From Methanobacteriaceae archaeon (GTDB lineage Bacteria > Cyanobacteriota > Vampirovibrionia > Gastranaerophilales > Gastranaerophilaceae), in the NCBI GenBank assembly GCA_963602355.1, contig CAVCIU010000002.1:28223-92222 (forward strand): a DNA stretch of 64,000 bases. The letters run 5' to 3'. The notes beneath the pieces are model-generated. The model was not told the origin of the DNA, ran no database searches, and saw only the letters and a program-made list of their open reading frames with translations. Positions 47,173-57,040 of this stretch are shown one piece after another (the stretch's first letter is position 1; each line of letters opens with the position of its first letter). A program made the translations under genes and the position numbers.

Positions 47173-50100
47173 TTAGCCTAATCTGCTTGCCATATTATTT
47201 GCGTAAGAATTAATATAGTTAATTAAGCTATCAACTTTTTGCATATACAATTTTTGGTCATGTTGTTCTTTTGTATGACCCTTCAAATTCAAACCAGAAA
47301 CTAAATCTGATTTATTTTGAACATATTCAGCAACTTGCCATAAATTTTCCATGTTTATTGCGTTCTTCATAGCATCAAGTCTACCGAAATTTTTCATTTC
47401 TAAATTCATTACTCTGTCATTTTGACCTAAGTGATCAATCATTTGTAATGTGTTATCTGTACCGCAATTAGCTTGTGCATTTTCAATGAATGAAGAGAAA
47501 CCTTCATCTGTTGATAAATCATGTTCTTTACCAGTTGCAGAATCCCATTCTTTTGGAGTTTTGATTTTAGCTAAATCTTTGCCAACTTCATGCATATGAC
47601 CGTTTGAAGCTTCGCTCATCATAGTTACGGCTGTATCAAATTTAGCCAATTCGTAGCAACCTTTAACCATATAGCCTTCGTATACTTTAGCCATTTGTTG
47701 TTTTGCTGGGTCTTCTGATTTTGATAATCTCAAGAATTCTTTTAGAACTTCTTTTGGATTATTCAAAACGTGATATTGATTGAAGCTATTTTCAAATTCT
47801 TTGTAAGATTTTTCAACATTTTTACCTTTGATTGCACTTGATAAGTAGTCATTTAATTTTTTAGTAACAACTTGTCTGTGTTGAGGTTCAATGTTTGCTT
47901 CGATAAATGTTTTCTTACCTGAAGCAATATCAGCCAATTGGTTTTTCTTAGCTAAAGCAATTTGTTCTTTAGTTAAACCTTGAGTGTCCATTTTGCCATC
48001 TTCCATCATTTTCAATTGGTTAACAACATCAACACCTTGTTTCAATTTATTAGAAAATCTTTGTGCTAATTCAGTTGTTTCTTCTTTTGTAGCCAATTGG
48101 CAATCTGGATAAGCTGCTCTTACACCATATTGCTTGAACATTTTACTTTTCATTTCCTTAATTTGTTTAGAAGCATTTAAATTATCCCAATCACGTTGCA
48201 ACATAAAATATGCTTCTTCAAAAGAATCACCTTTTTCAGTAAATTTGATGTTGTCTTGGATTGCGTCCATAAACATTGCATTTTTCAACATATTGTTTGG
48301 TTTTGCCTCTAAACCTTTGATTTGTCTTACAACTTCAAATGGAGTAATTTCTTTTAAGCTCAATTCTTCTGCTGTAGAATTATTAATCATTTCCATAGCT
48401 TTATCATTTGGCATTGCTTTAATTTCATCGAATTTAGCCATAAATTCTTTGTTATCTTTAGGGTCAAATTTTGTATCAATGAAATGTTTCAATACGTTGA
48501 AGTTTTCGTTATCCATACTATCAATGTTTTTATCAGTTACAGGAAGTTGTGTAGCTTTCGCAATTGCTTTAAACGCATCATCTTTAGTAAATGACATTTT
48601 TTGTGCAATATCATTCAAGTAACCTTGAGTACGTTTATGAGCTTTAGAAACATCTGCTTCTGAATTGATATTTTCTAAGTCTTTCATAACTTCTGTTTCA
48701 ATAATAGCTTTTGTTTCACCAGCATTTTCAGCTCTCTTCATAACTTTATCTAAGTCTTCTGCTGAAACCTTATTTAAAGTTTGTAGAACATTTGCAATGC
48801 TACTCATTTTGATTTGAGGACCAACAAATGCGTTTTGAACTAAGCTTTGAGCAGTAGAAGTTGTATCATTGTTAGCTGTTGGTAAAATACCATCAAAGAA
48901 CATTTTTAATGGTTCGCCTTTAACGTTACCTGGTTTATATTTAAAGTCTTCTACAAGAACACCATTTTGCCATGCAGAGTTTGTGATGTAACCGTCTTCA
49001 CCACCACGACCGCATTGGTAATCTGTTCTTAACAAGCCTTTTGAATCTAACCAAGTTTTCTTGTGTTCGCAAGCACCCCAAGTGTTATCGTGCATGATTG
49101 CATCTTTGATTTCAACTTTGCCAGTTTTAGGATCTTTAACCATTAATGGTGCAACATCAGCGATGTATTGTGCGTGTCCACCACGTTCATTATGGTAAAC
49201 TGATGTACCAGAAATACCAGAGTGTTTGCCGTGTTTAATTCTTTCTGCAGTTTTTTCAACACTTTCTTCTGCGTAGAATGGTTTACCAGTCATTTGTTCA
49301 AGAATTCTGATTTCTTGAGGTGTGCATAAACCAGATGAACCTTCTGAAACCCAGAATGAACCTTTTTCAGCACCGATTTTCTTAGCTTGTTCATTCAATG
49401 GTTTTTCAAGTTCTTTTTCTTTTGCAGATTTTTCTCTTGAAACTTCAGAATACATTTTATTCAAGTTTTTGCCAACTTTATCCAATGCTGATTTTTCTGC
49501 ATCAGTCATTTCGTATAAGTTTGGCATATCAAGTTTTTCGCCTTTAACTTCTGCTTTTTCTACAACAGCTGCATATTTAGCAATCTTGTTGTATTTATCT
49601 TGCATACTTCTTAAAATTGGTTCTGAAACAACTTTGCCTTCTTGTTCGTATTTTTTCATAACATCAGCTTTTGTTGCATCTTTACCTAAACCATATTTTT
49701 TAGCTTCGCTTGCAAGATTTTCTGGAATATCAAGCTTCATATCTTGAGCAGAACGATACATTGCAGCAGCTTCGTATAATGGTTTATAAAGTTTTTTCAT
49801 TTTAGCTTCTGGAGATTTTGGCATAACCTCTTTGTTCATAGCTTCAGTTGTTTCTGTTGAAAGTTCGTACATATTGAAGATATTTTCCATTCTTTTATCA
49901 ATATCTTCTTGTTTTACGTTTGGATTTTCAGCTTTAATGAAGTTTGCCATTTTTTGTTTCTTCATTGATTGTTCTTCGTAATCAAAGAAATGCAAATCAT
50001 CTGATTGTTTGCCTTTTACTTCACCCATTTTTAAGAAATGGTTAACAACTTTTGTCATTTCTTCATCAGATTTTTCTGGCATTAAAGCTTTTAATTCATT

Positions 50101-51282
50101 TGTCAAAGATTTATTAGCTTTTACAACTGTTTGAGCATTAAATCTTGCATTTTGTCTTTGTTCAACAGCTTCTTTTTCTCTTTTTTGAATACCGTTTTTA
50201 GCTGTTTTAATTGACTCTTCAGCTTTTGTTAAAGCTCTCAAGTGATATTGATGAGGAACTAATTTTGGATCATCTAAATCTCTCATCAAGTGAGAATCGT
50301 GGAATGTATCAAAGTATTTTTTATCAAATGCTGAGAAGTGAGTACTTTGAGTTTTACCGTCGCCAGAATTACCAGCGATGTTCATCCATTGCAAAGCTGA
50401 TGCGTCAAGAATTCTATAACCTTTGTCATCTGCGTAATCAAAATCTACAGGAGTTTTTTGAACAGAAACCTTTTTACCAGTTCCTAATTCAGTTGGGTCA
50501 TAAACCTTCATTGTAGGCTTGTTGCTCAACTCTTCCATAATCATATTTACGTATTTGTCTTTGTATTCATAAGCCATAACTTTTCTTGATGTAGAAATAG
50601 CAGCACACATACCGTGATGTCTTTGGTCTGTTGTTTTGATTGTTGGTTTATCATCTTCTGCTGTTTTTACAACAAGGTCGTTTAACAATTCACCCAAAAC
50701 TTGAGGTTTTTTGTCTTTTAATTGAGCATTAATTTTGTATTCTGGGCTCATCATTTTATTTAATTTTTCAAGACAAGATTTCTTTTCTTCTGTTGTAATT
50801 TCTGTTGAAATAACAAAATAATCTAGATTTTTAGAAATATTTTTAACAGCATCAATTTTAGAATTGTTCATAGCTTGAGGCAAGCCTTTTGTTTGCATCA
50901 ATTTATTTCTCAAATCTAAAACAGCTTTTTCATCTTTTGTCATTTCTTTTTTGTCAACAAAAGTAGCTTTAAATTGTTCTTGTAATTGTGCTTTATTAGG
51001 AGAATCAGTATTTGCTAAAGCTTTTGCAGTAGCTTCTTGCAATTTACCTTTCCAATTGTTATTAGATTTTTTATCATCTAAATCAAAGCTTGTACCATAT
51101 CTTAAACCTTGAGCAACGTTCATTAAGAATTTGATATTTTCTTCAGAAGAATCTTCCGACAGTTTATCAATAGCATTATTGATATTACGTTGATTGTTTA
51201 GAGTAAGTGCATCACCCTTTTGTTTCAACTGTTCTACTGTGTTTTTGTCTTCTCTTTTACCTAAAAATGAAACGTTAAACAT
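47173..51282 (-). CDS. giant (1369-aa) protein with split papain-like (C1/C1B-like) cysteine peptidase signature
   Basis: DQRHHGMCAAIS (Gln at -6 from Cys; Cys codon 50605-50607). GGHAQYIADV (His codon 49174-49176). IMHDNTWG (Asn codon 49084-49086). SD AGGAG, no signal peptide, TTAACA-N17-TATAAT upstream. Confidence 0.55.
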   Translation of the reverse strand: MFNVSFLGKREDKNTVEQLKQKGDALTLNNQRNINNAIDKLSEDSSEENIKFLMNVAQGLRYGTSFDLDDKKSNNNWKGKLQEATAKALANTDSPNKAQLQEQFKATFVDKKEMTKDEKAVLDLRNKLMQTKGLPQAMNNSKIDAVKNISKNLDYFVISTEITTEEKKSCLEKLNKMMSPEYKINAQLKDKKPQVLGELLNDLVVKTAEDDKPTIKTTDQRHHGMCAAISTSRKVMAYEYKDKYVNMIMEELSNKPTMKVYDPTELGTGKKVSVQKTPVDFDYADDKGYRILDASALQWMNIAGNSGDGKTQSTHFSAFDKKYFDTFHDSHLMRDLDDPKLVPHQYHLRALTKAEESIKTAKNGIQKREKEAVEQRQNARFNAQTVVKANKSLTNELKALMPEKSDEEMTKVVNHFLKMGEVKGKQSDDLHFFDYEEQSMKKQKMANFIKAENPNVKQEDIDKRMENIFNMYELSTETTEAMNKEVMPKSPEAKMKKLYKPLYEAAAMYRSAQDMKLDIPENLASEAKKYGLGKDATKADVMKKYEQEGKVVSEPILRSMQDKYNKIAKYAAVVEKAEVKGEKLDMPNLYEMTDAEKSALDKVGKNLNKMYSEVSREKSAKEKELEKPLNEQAKKIGAEKGSFWVSEGSSGLCTPQEIRILEQMTGKPFYAEESVEKTAERIKHGKHSGISGTSVYHNERGGHAQYIADVAPLMVKDPKTGKVEIKDAIMHDNTWGACEHKKTWLDSKGLLRTDYQCGRGGEDGYITNSAWQNGVLVEDFKYKPGNVKGEPLKMFFDGILPTANNDTTSTAQSLVQNAFVGPQIKMSSIANVLQTLNKVSAEDLDKVMKRAENAGETKAIIETEVMKDLENINSEADVSKAHKRTQGYLNDIAQKMSFTKDDAFKAIAKATQLPVTDKNIDSMDNENFNVLKHFIDTKFDPKDNKEFMAKFDEIKAMPNDKAMEMINNSTAEELSLKEITPFEVVRQIKGLEAKPNNMLKNAMFMDAIQDNIKFTEKGDSFEEAYFMLQRDWDNLNASKQIKEMKSKMFKQYGVRAAYPDCQLATKEETTELAQRFSNKLKQGVDVVNQLKMMEDGKMDTQGLTKEQIALAKKNQLADIASGKKTFIEANIEPQHRQVVTKKLNDYLSSAIKGKNVEKSYKEFENSFNQYHVLNNPKEVLKEFLRLSKSEDPAKQQMAKVYEGYMVKGCYELAKFDTAVTMMSEASNGHMHEVGKDLAKIKTPKEWDSATGKEHDLSTDEGFSSFIENAQANCGTDNTLQMIDHLGQNDRVMNLEMKNFGRLDAMKNAINMENLWQVAEYVQNKSDLVSGLNLKGHTKEQHDQKLYMQKVDSLINYINSYANNMASRLG

Positions 51283-51411
51283 ATATTCTCCTAACCTACT
51301 ATATTTCTTGTTTTTATTATACTACGGCATGGCTGAATTGTTAATAAAAAAATACCCGTTTTTCATATCTTTTAATATAATTTTACAACCTACTACCATT
51401 GTAATTTTTTA

Positions 51412-52953
51412 TTATGCGTTTGTTAATTTTTCACTCAAAAATGCAATTGTTTTTGGAAAATGTTGTTGCAAATATTGAGCTCTCATTGCAAGCGCATAAT
51501 TAGCTTTATAAGTATTTAAAATTGCATTTGTTTCTGCAATTGTTTCTTTTCTTCCTCTATCCTTTTGACCTTTTACAGCTTCGTTTGCAATAAAGTAATC
51601 AATGTGGCTTCTTTGAGCTTCTGGATATTCTTTCAAGAAGTTTTTCTTTTCTTGTTCATAAACTTTTTTAAATTCTTTACTATTAGAAATCTCATCTTTT
51701 ATTTCTAATTTAAAATCTTGACCAAGACTTGAAGGTCTTTTGCTTGAATCAATAGCATGTCCAAGTTCGTGTAAAAATACTGCTGGATTGTCACTAACTG
51801 TCAATCTGCTTGAAGTTAAACAATCATCGCTGAACATATCCATATCAGTTGAACATTTTGATTGAAAATCATTATAAACAGCTTCTACACTATCAACCTT
51901 GTTAGCAAAATTCATCAATTCATCACCGGAAATAGATTTTAGCATATTAATTACAGCGCCTTTTTCTTGTCCAAAAATCTTGTTTTCAAATTCTAGTGAA
52001 GCTTTTTTATCAGTGTTTCTTTCAGAAATATTTAAACCATTTTTATTTAATGAAATATCAAAAGTTTTACCATTTCTTGTTGAAACAAAATTGTTTTCAT
52101 CAATTTTTTCAAAAGTTTGTTTTTGATTCATCAAAACTTTTCCGTTAACATCAGTAATCTTGTAATCAATTATTCTGTTACCGTTTTTATCATCTTGATA
52201 TAGATATTGAGTTCTTGTCATATCAGAAGAACGCATATCCTTTTTAATTGTTGTAACACCTGTTTTTTCATCATAAGTTGCTTTTGCTAAAGTTCTTGTT
52301 TTTCCATTTGGGAATTCGTATTTAACGTTATAAAAATTTGCAACTGGAGAAAGTTCAGAAATTTCTTTTCTTACAAGTCTACCTTGTTTATCTTTTTTAG
52401 TTTTCACTTCAGATAAAACGACATTAAAACATGTTTTAGAATCCCAGTCAGCAACGATTTCAGAAGTTAAATTGTTTCTATAATCTTCTGATTTAATTTC
52501 TACAAAAGCTGCAGCATTATAGTTATCAGTCATTTTCGGTGTAGAATAACGTGTAACTTTTGAAACTTCTTTTGCTAAAATTTTTCCATTTCTATCAACA
52601 GTTATAGAAGTACCTTCTTTTTCACCTTCTTTTGCTGTGATAACAACTGTTTCATTATCATCAAACTCATTTGCTTTGCATTGCAAAACTTTAGTTTTAT
52701 CAGTTTTGATAGACTGACCCAGTTCGATAATTTTATCAATATTCCAATCGCTTCTTATTAAATATTGTTTGCTATCATTGTCAAAGCCTGCATTATTAAG
52801 TTTATCTTGATTTTCGATTGTAAAATTATTTGGAGTTGTTTTTTCAAAAACATCTCTAGTCAAACCCATTATCGGATTTGACGCAACTTTATTTTGAACT
52901 TTATTAACTGGTTTTATTCCAGTAAAATTTATATTACTAAAATTTATATTCAC
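51412..52953 (-). CDS. zinc metallopeptidase, anthrax-LF / Pro-Pro-endopeptidase-like (M34-type) catalytic domain, with shared N-terminal leader
   Basis: LHELGHAID (HELGH at 51757-51771), downstream ETIAETNA Glu, C-terminal QYLQQHFPK. GTG start with AGGTG SD. Paralog of 57639-59126. Confidence 0.6.
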   Translation of the reverse strand: MNINFSNINFTGIKPVNKVQNKVASNPIMGLTRDVFEKTTPNNFTIENQDKLNNAGFDNDSKQYLIRSDWNIDKIIELGQSIKTDKTKVLQCKANEFDDNETVVITAKEGEKEGTSITVDRNGKILAKEVSKVTRYSTPKMTDNYNAAAFVEIKSEDYRNNLTSEIVADWDSKTCFNVVLSEVKTKKDKQGRLVRKEISELSPVANFYNVKYEFPNGKTRTLAKATYDEKTGVTTIKKDMRSSDMTRTQYLYQDDKNGNRIIDYKITDVNGKVLMNQKQTFEKIDENNFVSTRNGKTFDISLNKNGLNISERNTDKKASLEFENKIFGQEKGAVINMLKSISGDELMNFANKVDSVEAVYNDFQSKCSTDMDMFSDDCLTSSRLTVSDNPAVFLHELGHAIDSSKRPSSLGQDFKLEIKDEISNSKEFKKVYEQEKKNFLKEYPEAQRSHIDYFIANEAVKGQKDRGRKETIAETNAILNTYKANYALAMRAQYLQQHFPKTIAFLSEKLTNA

Positions 52954-53029
52954 GTTGCCTACACCTATACGTCTTTAAAAACATGAATATAAAAGAAATT
53001 GCCCTATATCAAAATTTCATTAAAAAATA

Positions 53030-53749
53030 TTACTGATTTTCGATTTCTTTTGTCCATTTATCTTTGCCCCAAAGTTCAAGATAAATTTTTGGTGCATTTT
53101 CATCTAACTTATTCAACGCATTTTCAATTTGTAATAAAATTTCTTTTTCTTGTTCTGGAGTCGCATCTTTTGGAACGTAAATTGGTTCAGAATAACAATT
53201 CGCAATTTTTACAATACCCACAGGGAATTGTAATTTATCCCAAGTTGGAAGTTTAATCATATGTTTTGAAGGTGAATACCAATTCATAGGAATAATTGGT
53301 GCGCCTGTGTGTTTAGCCAATGCAATAATACCTTTTTTAGCCTTCTTTGCTGGTCCATTTGGACCGTCAACCATAACAGCAACGTTTTCGCCTCTTTCCA
53401 AAGCTTCCATCATTTCAATTGTAGAACTTACTCCACCTTTATCAAGGATAGCTCTGTTTTGAGAACCTCTAATTGTTTTAAAACCAAAATATTTTGCACC
53501 TGCATCAATGATTTCACCGTCCATTGAACGACTAATCAAAACATTTGTATTTTTTCTATTTTTCAACCCGAAAATACTACATTGATGAGCATGCCATAAT
53601 GCGTATATTGCAGGTTCATCATCTTGATAATTATGCAATCTAAACCATGACATGTGTCTTTGTATTGAAAATAAAAGAACAATAAATTTTCTTAGTATAA
53701 ATGCTATTATCTTTTCATCTAGTGTTAATTCTTGTTTTATTAATTTCAT
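53030..53749 (-). CDS. DUF374 / lysophospholipid-acyltransferase-like protein
   Basis: ALWHAHQ, ISRSMDGEII, RGSQNR, MVDGPNGPAKKAKKG typical of DUF374. Confidence 0.75.
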   Translation of the reverse strand: MKLIKQELTLDEKIIAFILRKFIVLLFSIQRHMSWFRLHNYQDDEPAIYALWHAHQCSIFGLKNRKNTNVLISRSMDGEIIDAGAKYFGFKTIRGSQNRAILDKGGVSSTIEMMEALERGENVAVMVDGPNGPAKKAKKGIIALAKHTGAPIIPMNWYSPSKHMIKLPTWDKLQFPVGIVKIANCYSEPIYVPKDATPEQEKEILLQIENALNKLDENAPKIYLELWGKDKWTKEIENQ

Positions 53750-53790
53750 ATTTTGAACAATCCTTATATTTTTTAAAATTATTATACCCT

Positions 53791-53826
53791 AAAAAAAGGG
53801 TAAAATCCGTAGACTTTACCCTTTTA
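53791..53826 (-). terminator. rho-independent terminator
   Basis: A7-gggtaaa-atccgtagac-tttaccc-TTTT. Confidence 0.65.
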
Positions 53827-53846
53827 AAAATATTTTAAAGTTCAAA

Positions 53847-54659
53847 CTATTCTTGTGATTTATTTCCAATGATATCTAGAGCTTCTAATTTTATTGATTT
53901 TGCAACAATAAATGCTTCTGTCAACATAAAATAATAAGCTACTAATGAAACTAAAATTGAACTAATAAAGAATAAGATTGGATTTTTTAAAACAACTGTA
54001 CTTGACAAAAATCCTACTAACATAATTGCTACAAAGAACAAGCACATAAACAATGCAACACCTTTTAAGTATTGTTTTTTATCCAACATAAAGATTTTTG
54101 TTGCCATCATATATCTAAAATAAGTTAGTAAATTAGATTTGTATGCGAACATAAAATTGAAGATTGGGAAATAGAATAAAAATACAAATACTACTAATGC
54201 AATCAATGCAATTGTAACATAGAACATAATTTGGTTAGAAAATGCTAATGCAACGATTATACTTGCTGTTAAGAATAAAGATGCAACAAGTACAAAAAGT
54301 ACATAGATAAAACCAAACGCAACTGCAACCTTCAAACCTTTTGTAAAATTACATTTTAAACTCATTTCTGGTAAAGTAAATTCATTTTCTTGACTAGAAA
54401 GAGATTTAACCAACGACAAAATATAACCGTTTGGAATAAACATTAAAACCAAAGAAACAAAAGCTAATAAGATATATACCCAGTTCCAGATAGGATCGTG
54501 CATTGAATCTTGCCAATGAGAATTTAAAACGGGCATAAATTCTTGAAGTACAGTTGCAAAATTAGATACTAAAGTTGATGCCAAGATAAACAAAAAGAAA
54601 ATATATGTTTTCTTAATAACGTTTGTATCTTTAAACATGTAATAAAAAGCTTGTTTCAT
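53847..54659 (-). CDS. polytopic membrane protein (DUF4013-like)
   Basis: Start ATG 54659 (MKQAFYYMFKD) follows a GAGGAG SD; 6-7 TM helices. Confidence 0.55.
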   Translation of the reverse strand: MKQAFYYMFKDTNVIKKTYIFFLFILASTLVSNFATVLQEFMPVLNSHWQDSMHDPIWNWVYILLAFVSLVLMFIPNGYILSLVKSLSSQENEFTLPEMSLKCNFTKGLKVAVAFGFIYVLFVLVASLFLTASIIVALAFSNQIMFYVTIALIALVVFVFLFYFPIFNFMFAYKSNLLTYFRYMMATKIFMLDKKQYLKGVALFMCLFFVAIMLVGFLSSTVVLKNPILFFISSILVSLVAYYFMLTEAFIVAKSIKLEALDIIGNKSQE

Positions 54660-54770
54660 GATATCTCTCCTCAAAGAATAATTTACAGAAAAATTATAGC
54701 AATTTCCATTAGCCAACGCAATAATTATTAACTATTGTGATAATATAAAAATAAAAAGTAGGATTTGAAA

Positions 54771-55319
54771 ATGAATAGATGTTCTTGGGTTAATATGAAA
54801 AACCCATTGTATGTAAAATATCACGATGAGGAATGGGGAGTTCCGACGCATGACGACAAGACTTTGTACGAATTATTAATTCTCGAAAGTTTTCAAGCAG
54901 GTCTTTCGTGGGAATGCGTTTTAAACAAACGTGAAAATTTTAGAAAAGCTTTTGATAATTTTGATATTGATAAAGTTTCAAATTATGATGAAACAAAAAT
55001 CAACGAACTTCTTCAAAACACAGGCATTATCAGAAACAAATTAAAAATTAATGCAAGTATAAATAACAGCAAAATCTTTAAAGAAATACAAAAAGAATTT
55101 GGCTCATTTGATAAATACATTTGGAGTTTTACAGACGGAAAAATTGTTATTGAAAGTTTTGAAAAAAGAACATTTTCTCCACTCTCTGACAAAATTTCAA
55201 AAGACCTAAAAAAGAGAGGTATGAAATTTGTCGGCACAACAATTATTTATTCCTATTTGCAAGCAATTGGAATAATCAACGGACATTCTGAAAATTGCAA
55301 TAAATTCAAGTCAAATTAG
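54771..55319 (+). CDS. tag: DNA-3-methyladenine glycosylase I
   Basis: MNRCSWV..YHDEEWGVP..LFELLILESFQAGLSW: canonical Tag blocks. Confidence 0.92.
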   Translation: MNRCSWVNMKNPLYVKYHDEEWGVPTHDDKTLYELLILESFQAGLSWECVLNKRENFRKAFDNFDIDKVSNYDETKINELLQNTGIIRNKLKINASINNSKIFKEIQKEFGSFDKYIWSFTDGKIVIESFEKRTFSPLSDKISKDLKKRGMKFVGTTIIYSYLQAIGIINGHSENCNKFKSN

Positions 55320-56923
55320 ACACTCTTAAAGAATTTTTCTGCTGCAGAATAATCTAAATTTCTCATATAATCTTTAGAAACTTTTTCTTGATATTGACCA
55401 TTATAGAACATGAACTTGTATTCCAAGAATGCTTCAACTGCAATATCTTTTTCAGACATTTCTGGGTGTTCTTTTTTCATTTTATCAATAAACTTCATAT
55501 AATCTTTATCAATAACCACCGTTTTCATACCATTTGGACCGGGAGCATCTACTTGTTTAGAATAATCAGGGTCGTTCTTGCTTGCTTCTTTATACAATTT
55601 ATATTCCATATAGAAGGTTACAACCTCTTGTTGAAGAGGAGGCATTTTATCGTCTAAAAGAGCATGCGTTAGCTCGTGAGTTACAACTGATGCAATTTCA
55701 GGTTTTGAAATCGATTCTGTATCAACAGTAATCATATTACCGATATGAGTTCCGACAGCATCTCTACGTTTGCTATCATACAAACATTGGTCTTTCAAAA
55801 TATTTGCATAATCTTTTTGTAAATCTTCTGGAAGATGTTTCATATTTTCTAGCATATAAACACCACTATCAAGTATCTTATGTATAGCTTGTTTATCTTG
55901 AGTTGTTATCTTTTTATTTTTTGTATTTTCGCCAATTGCTTTGTCATAACCGACCATATCAAGCTCGTTCATTGCATTTAAAAATTCTGCTAGACCAACA
56001 GCATTGCCAGCTTTGTCAGTAGAATGACCAGAGGCTGAGAAGTAACCTTTTTCTTTGTTATCTAGTTTACCGTCGCCATTCAAGTCAAAAATTTCATAAC
56101 CTTTTTTAACATTGCCGGCTTCATCAACAATATCTTTGAACGCAATTTTTTCACTATTTTTAAATTGAGTTTTTATCTCATCAGAAATTATACTATTTCC
56201 TTTTTCATCTTTTAACTCTGATTTTTCTAACTTTTCACGATTAGCTGCCAATAATTCAGCTTTCGTTTTATCGTAAGCTTTTTGTTTATCTTCTTTTGAA
56301 ATAACTCCGTCAGCTTTTTCAGAATCTTTGTCTAATTGATTTAAGTATTTATCAAGGTGGTTAATTTTTGAAGAAATGCCTATACCACTTTTTGATTGAT
56401 ATTCCTTTTCAACAGTGTCGATTTTACCGTCTTCATTAAGGTCAAAAATTTCCATACCTTTTTTGACTTTACCGTCTACATCTGCAATTTTTTTAGATAC
56501 ATCACTACGTTCAAAACCAAAGACCTCCTTTAGTTCTGGAGTCATAATCATTTTACCAGACTCATCTTTATAATTTGAGACACGATTTAAAACTTTTTCA
56601 TCAGCAGTCGGATTTAGTTTGAACATTTTATCAATGAATTTCACTAAATCTTGTTGAGTAATTTCTTTTTTCTTAACTTTTTCATCTTGTAAAAAGATAT
56701 TAATATCATTTTGAGTAATGGTACCCTTTGTACCTTGCTCTTTATCAAGCATATTTATGGAAACTATTTTAGAGTCTGATTTTTCAAACTTGTTATAAGC
56801 ATTATTTGTCAGATAATCAAACAAGAATTGTTCTTTTTTATCTTCTTTAAAATCAGCTTTCTTGATAGAAAAATTTCTGTTTTTGATATTAAATTTAATT
56901 TCTTCGTTATTAATTTCAGACAT
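55316..56923 (-). CDS. HExxH metallopeptidase-like protein with two internal repeats, each carrying an EF-hand/dockerin-like Ca loop
   Basis: VTHELTHALLDD (HELTH at 55664-55678). Duplicated ..KKGMEIFDLNEDGKIDTVEKEY.. and ..KKGYEIFDLNGDGKLDNKEKGY.. No signal peptide. Confidence 0.6.
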   Translation of the reverse strand: MSEINNEEIKFNIKNRNFSIKKADFKEDKKEQFLFDYLTNNAYNKFEKSDSKIVSINMLDKEQGTKGTITQNDINIFLQDEKVKKKEITQQDLVKFIDKMFKLNPTADEKVLNRVSNYKDESGKMIMTPELKEVFGFERSDVSKKIADVDGKVKKGMEIFDLNEDGKIDTVEKEYQSKSGIGISSKINHLDKYLNQLDKDSEKADGVISKEDKQKAYDKTKAELLAANREKLEKSELKDEKGNSIISDEIKTQFKNSEKIAFKDIVDEAGNVKKGYEIFDLNGDGKLDNKEKGYFSASGHSTDKAGNAVGLAEFLNAMNELDMVGYDKAIGENTKNKKITTQDKQAIHKILDSGVYMLENMKHLPEDLQKDYANILKDQCLYDSKRRDAVGTHIGNMITVDTESISKPEIASVVTHELTHALLDDKMPPLQQEVVTFYMEYKLYKEASKNDPDYSKQVDAPGPNGMKTVVIDKDYMKFIDKMKKEHPEMSEKDIAVEAFLEYKFMFYNGQYQEKVSKDYMRNLDYSAAEKFFKSV

Positions 56924-57040
56924 AGTTATCCCACCTTGCCCATGTAAAAACAGCTAAAGCTAAAAAATTTACTAATTTCAGAATAAATTTTAACAATTTT
57001 TAGTATTTGAATTAAAATAATAACAATAGGAGAAATAAAA

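Noticed and set aside
48134-50516. Plus-strand ORFs of 101-162 aa antisense to the 1369-aa gene.
   Set aside because: They are mirror-frame artefacts of a long Lys/Glu-rich gene (Ser/Phe/Leu-rich translations) and have no start signals.
51321-51348. GCCGTAGT upstream of the 1369-aa gene as a diverged sigma-28 box.
   Set aside because: The -35 position reads TTTATTAA, not TAAA. The same bases fit a good sigma-70 promoter (TTAACA-N17-TATAAT) better.
51194-53256. Small plus-strand ORFs (51194-51478, 51899-52126, 52999-53256) around the 513-aa peptidase gene.
   Set aside because: They overlap well-supported minus-strand genes or promoter regions, and they lack an SD and any recognisable motif.
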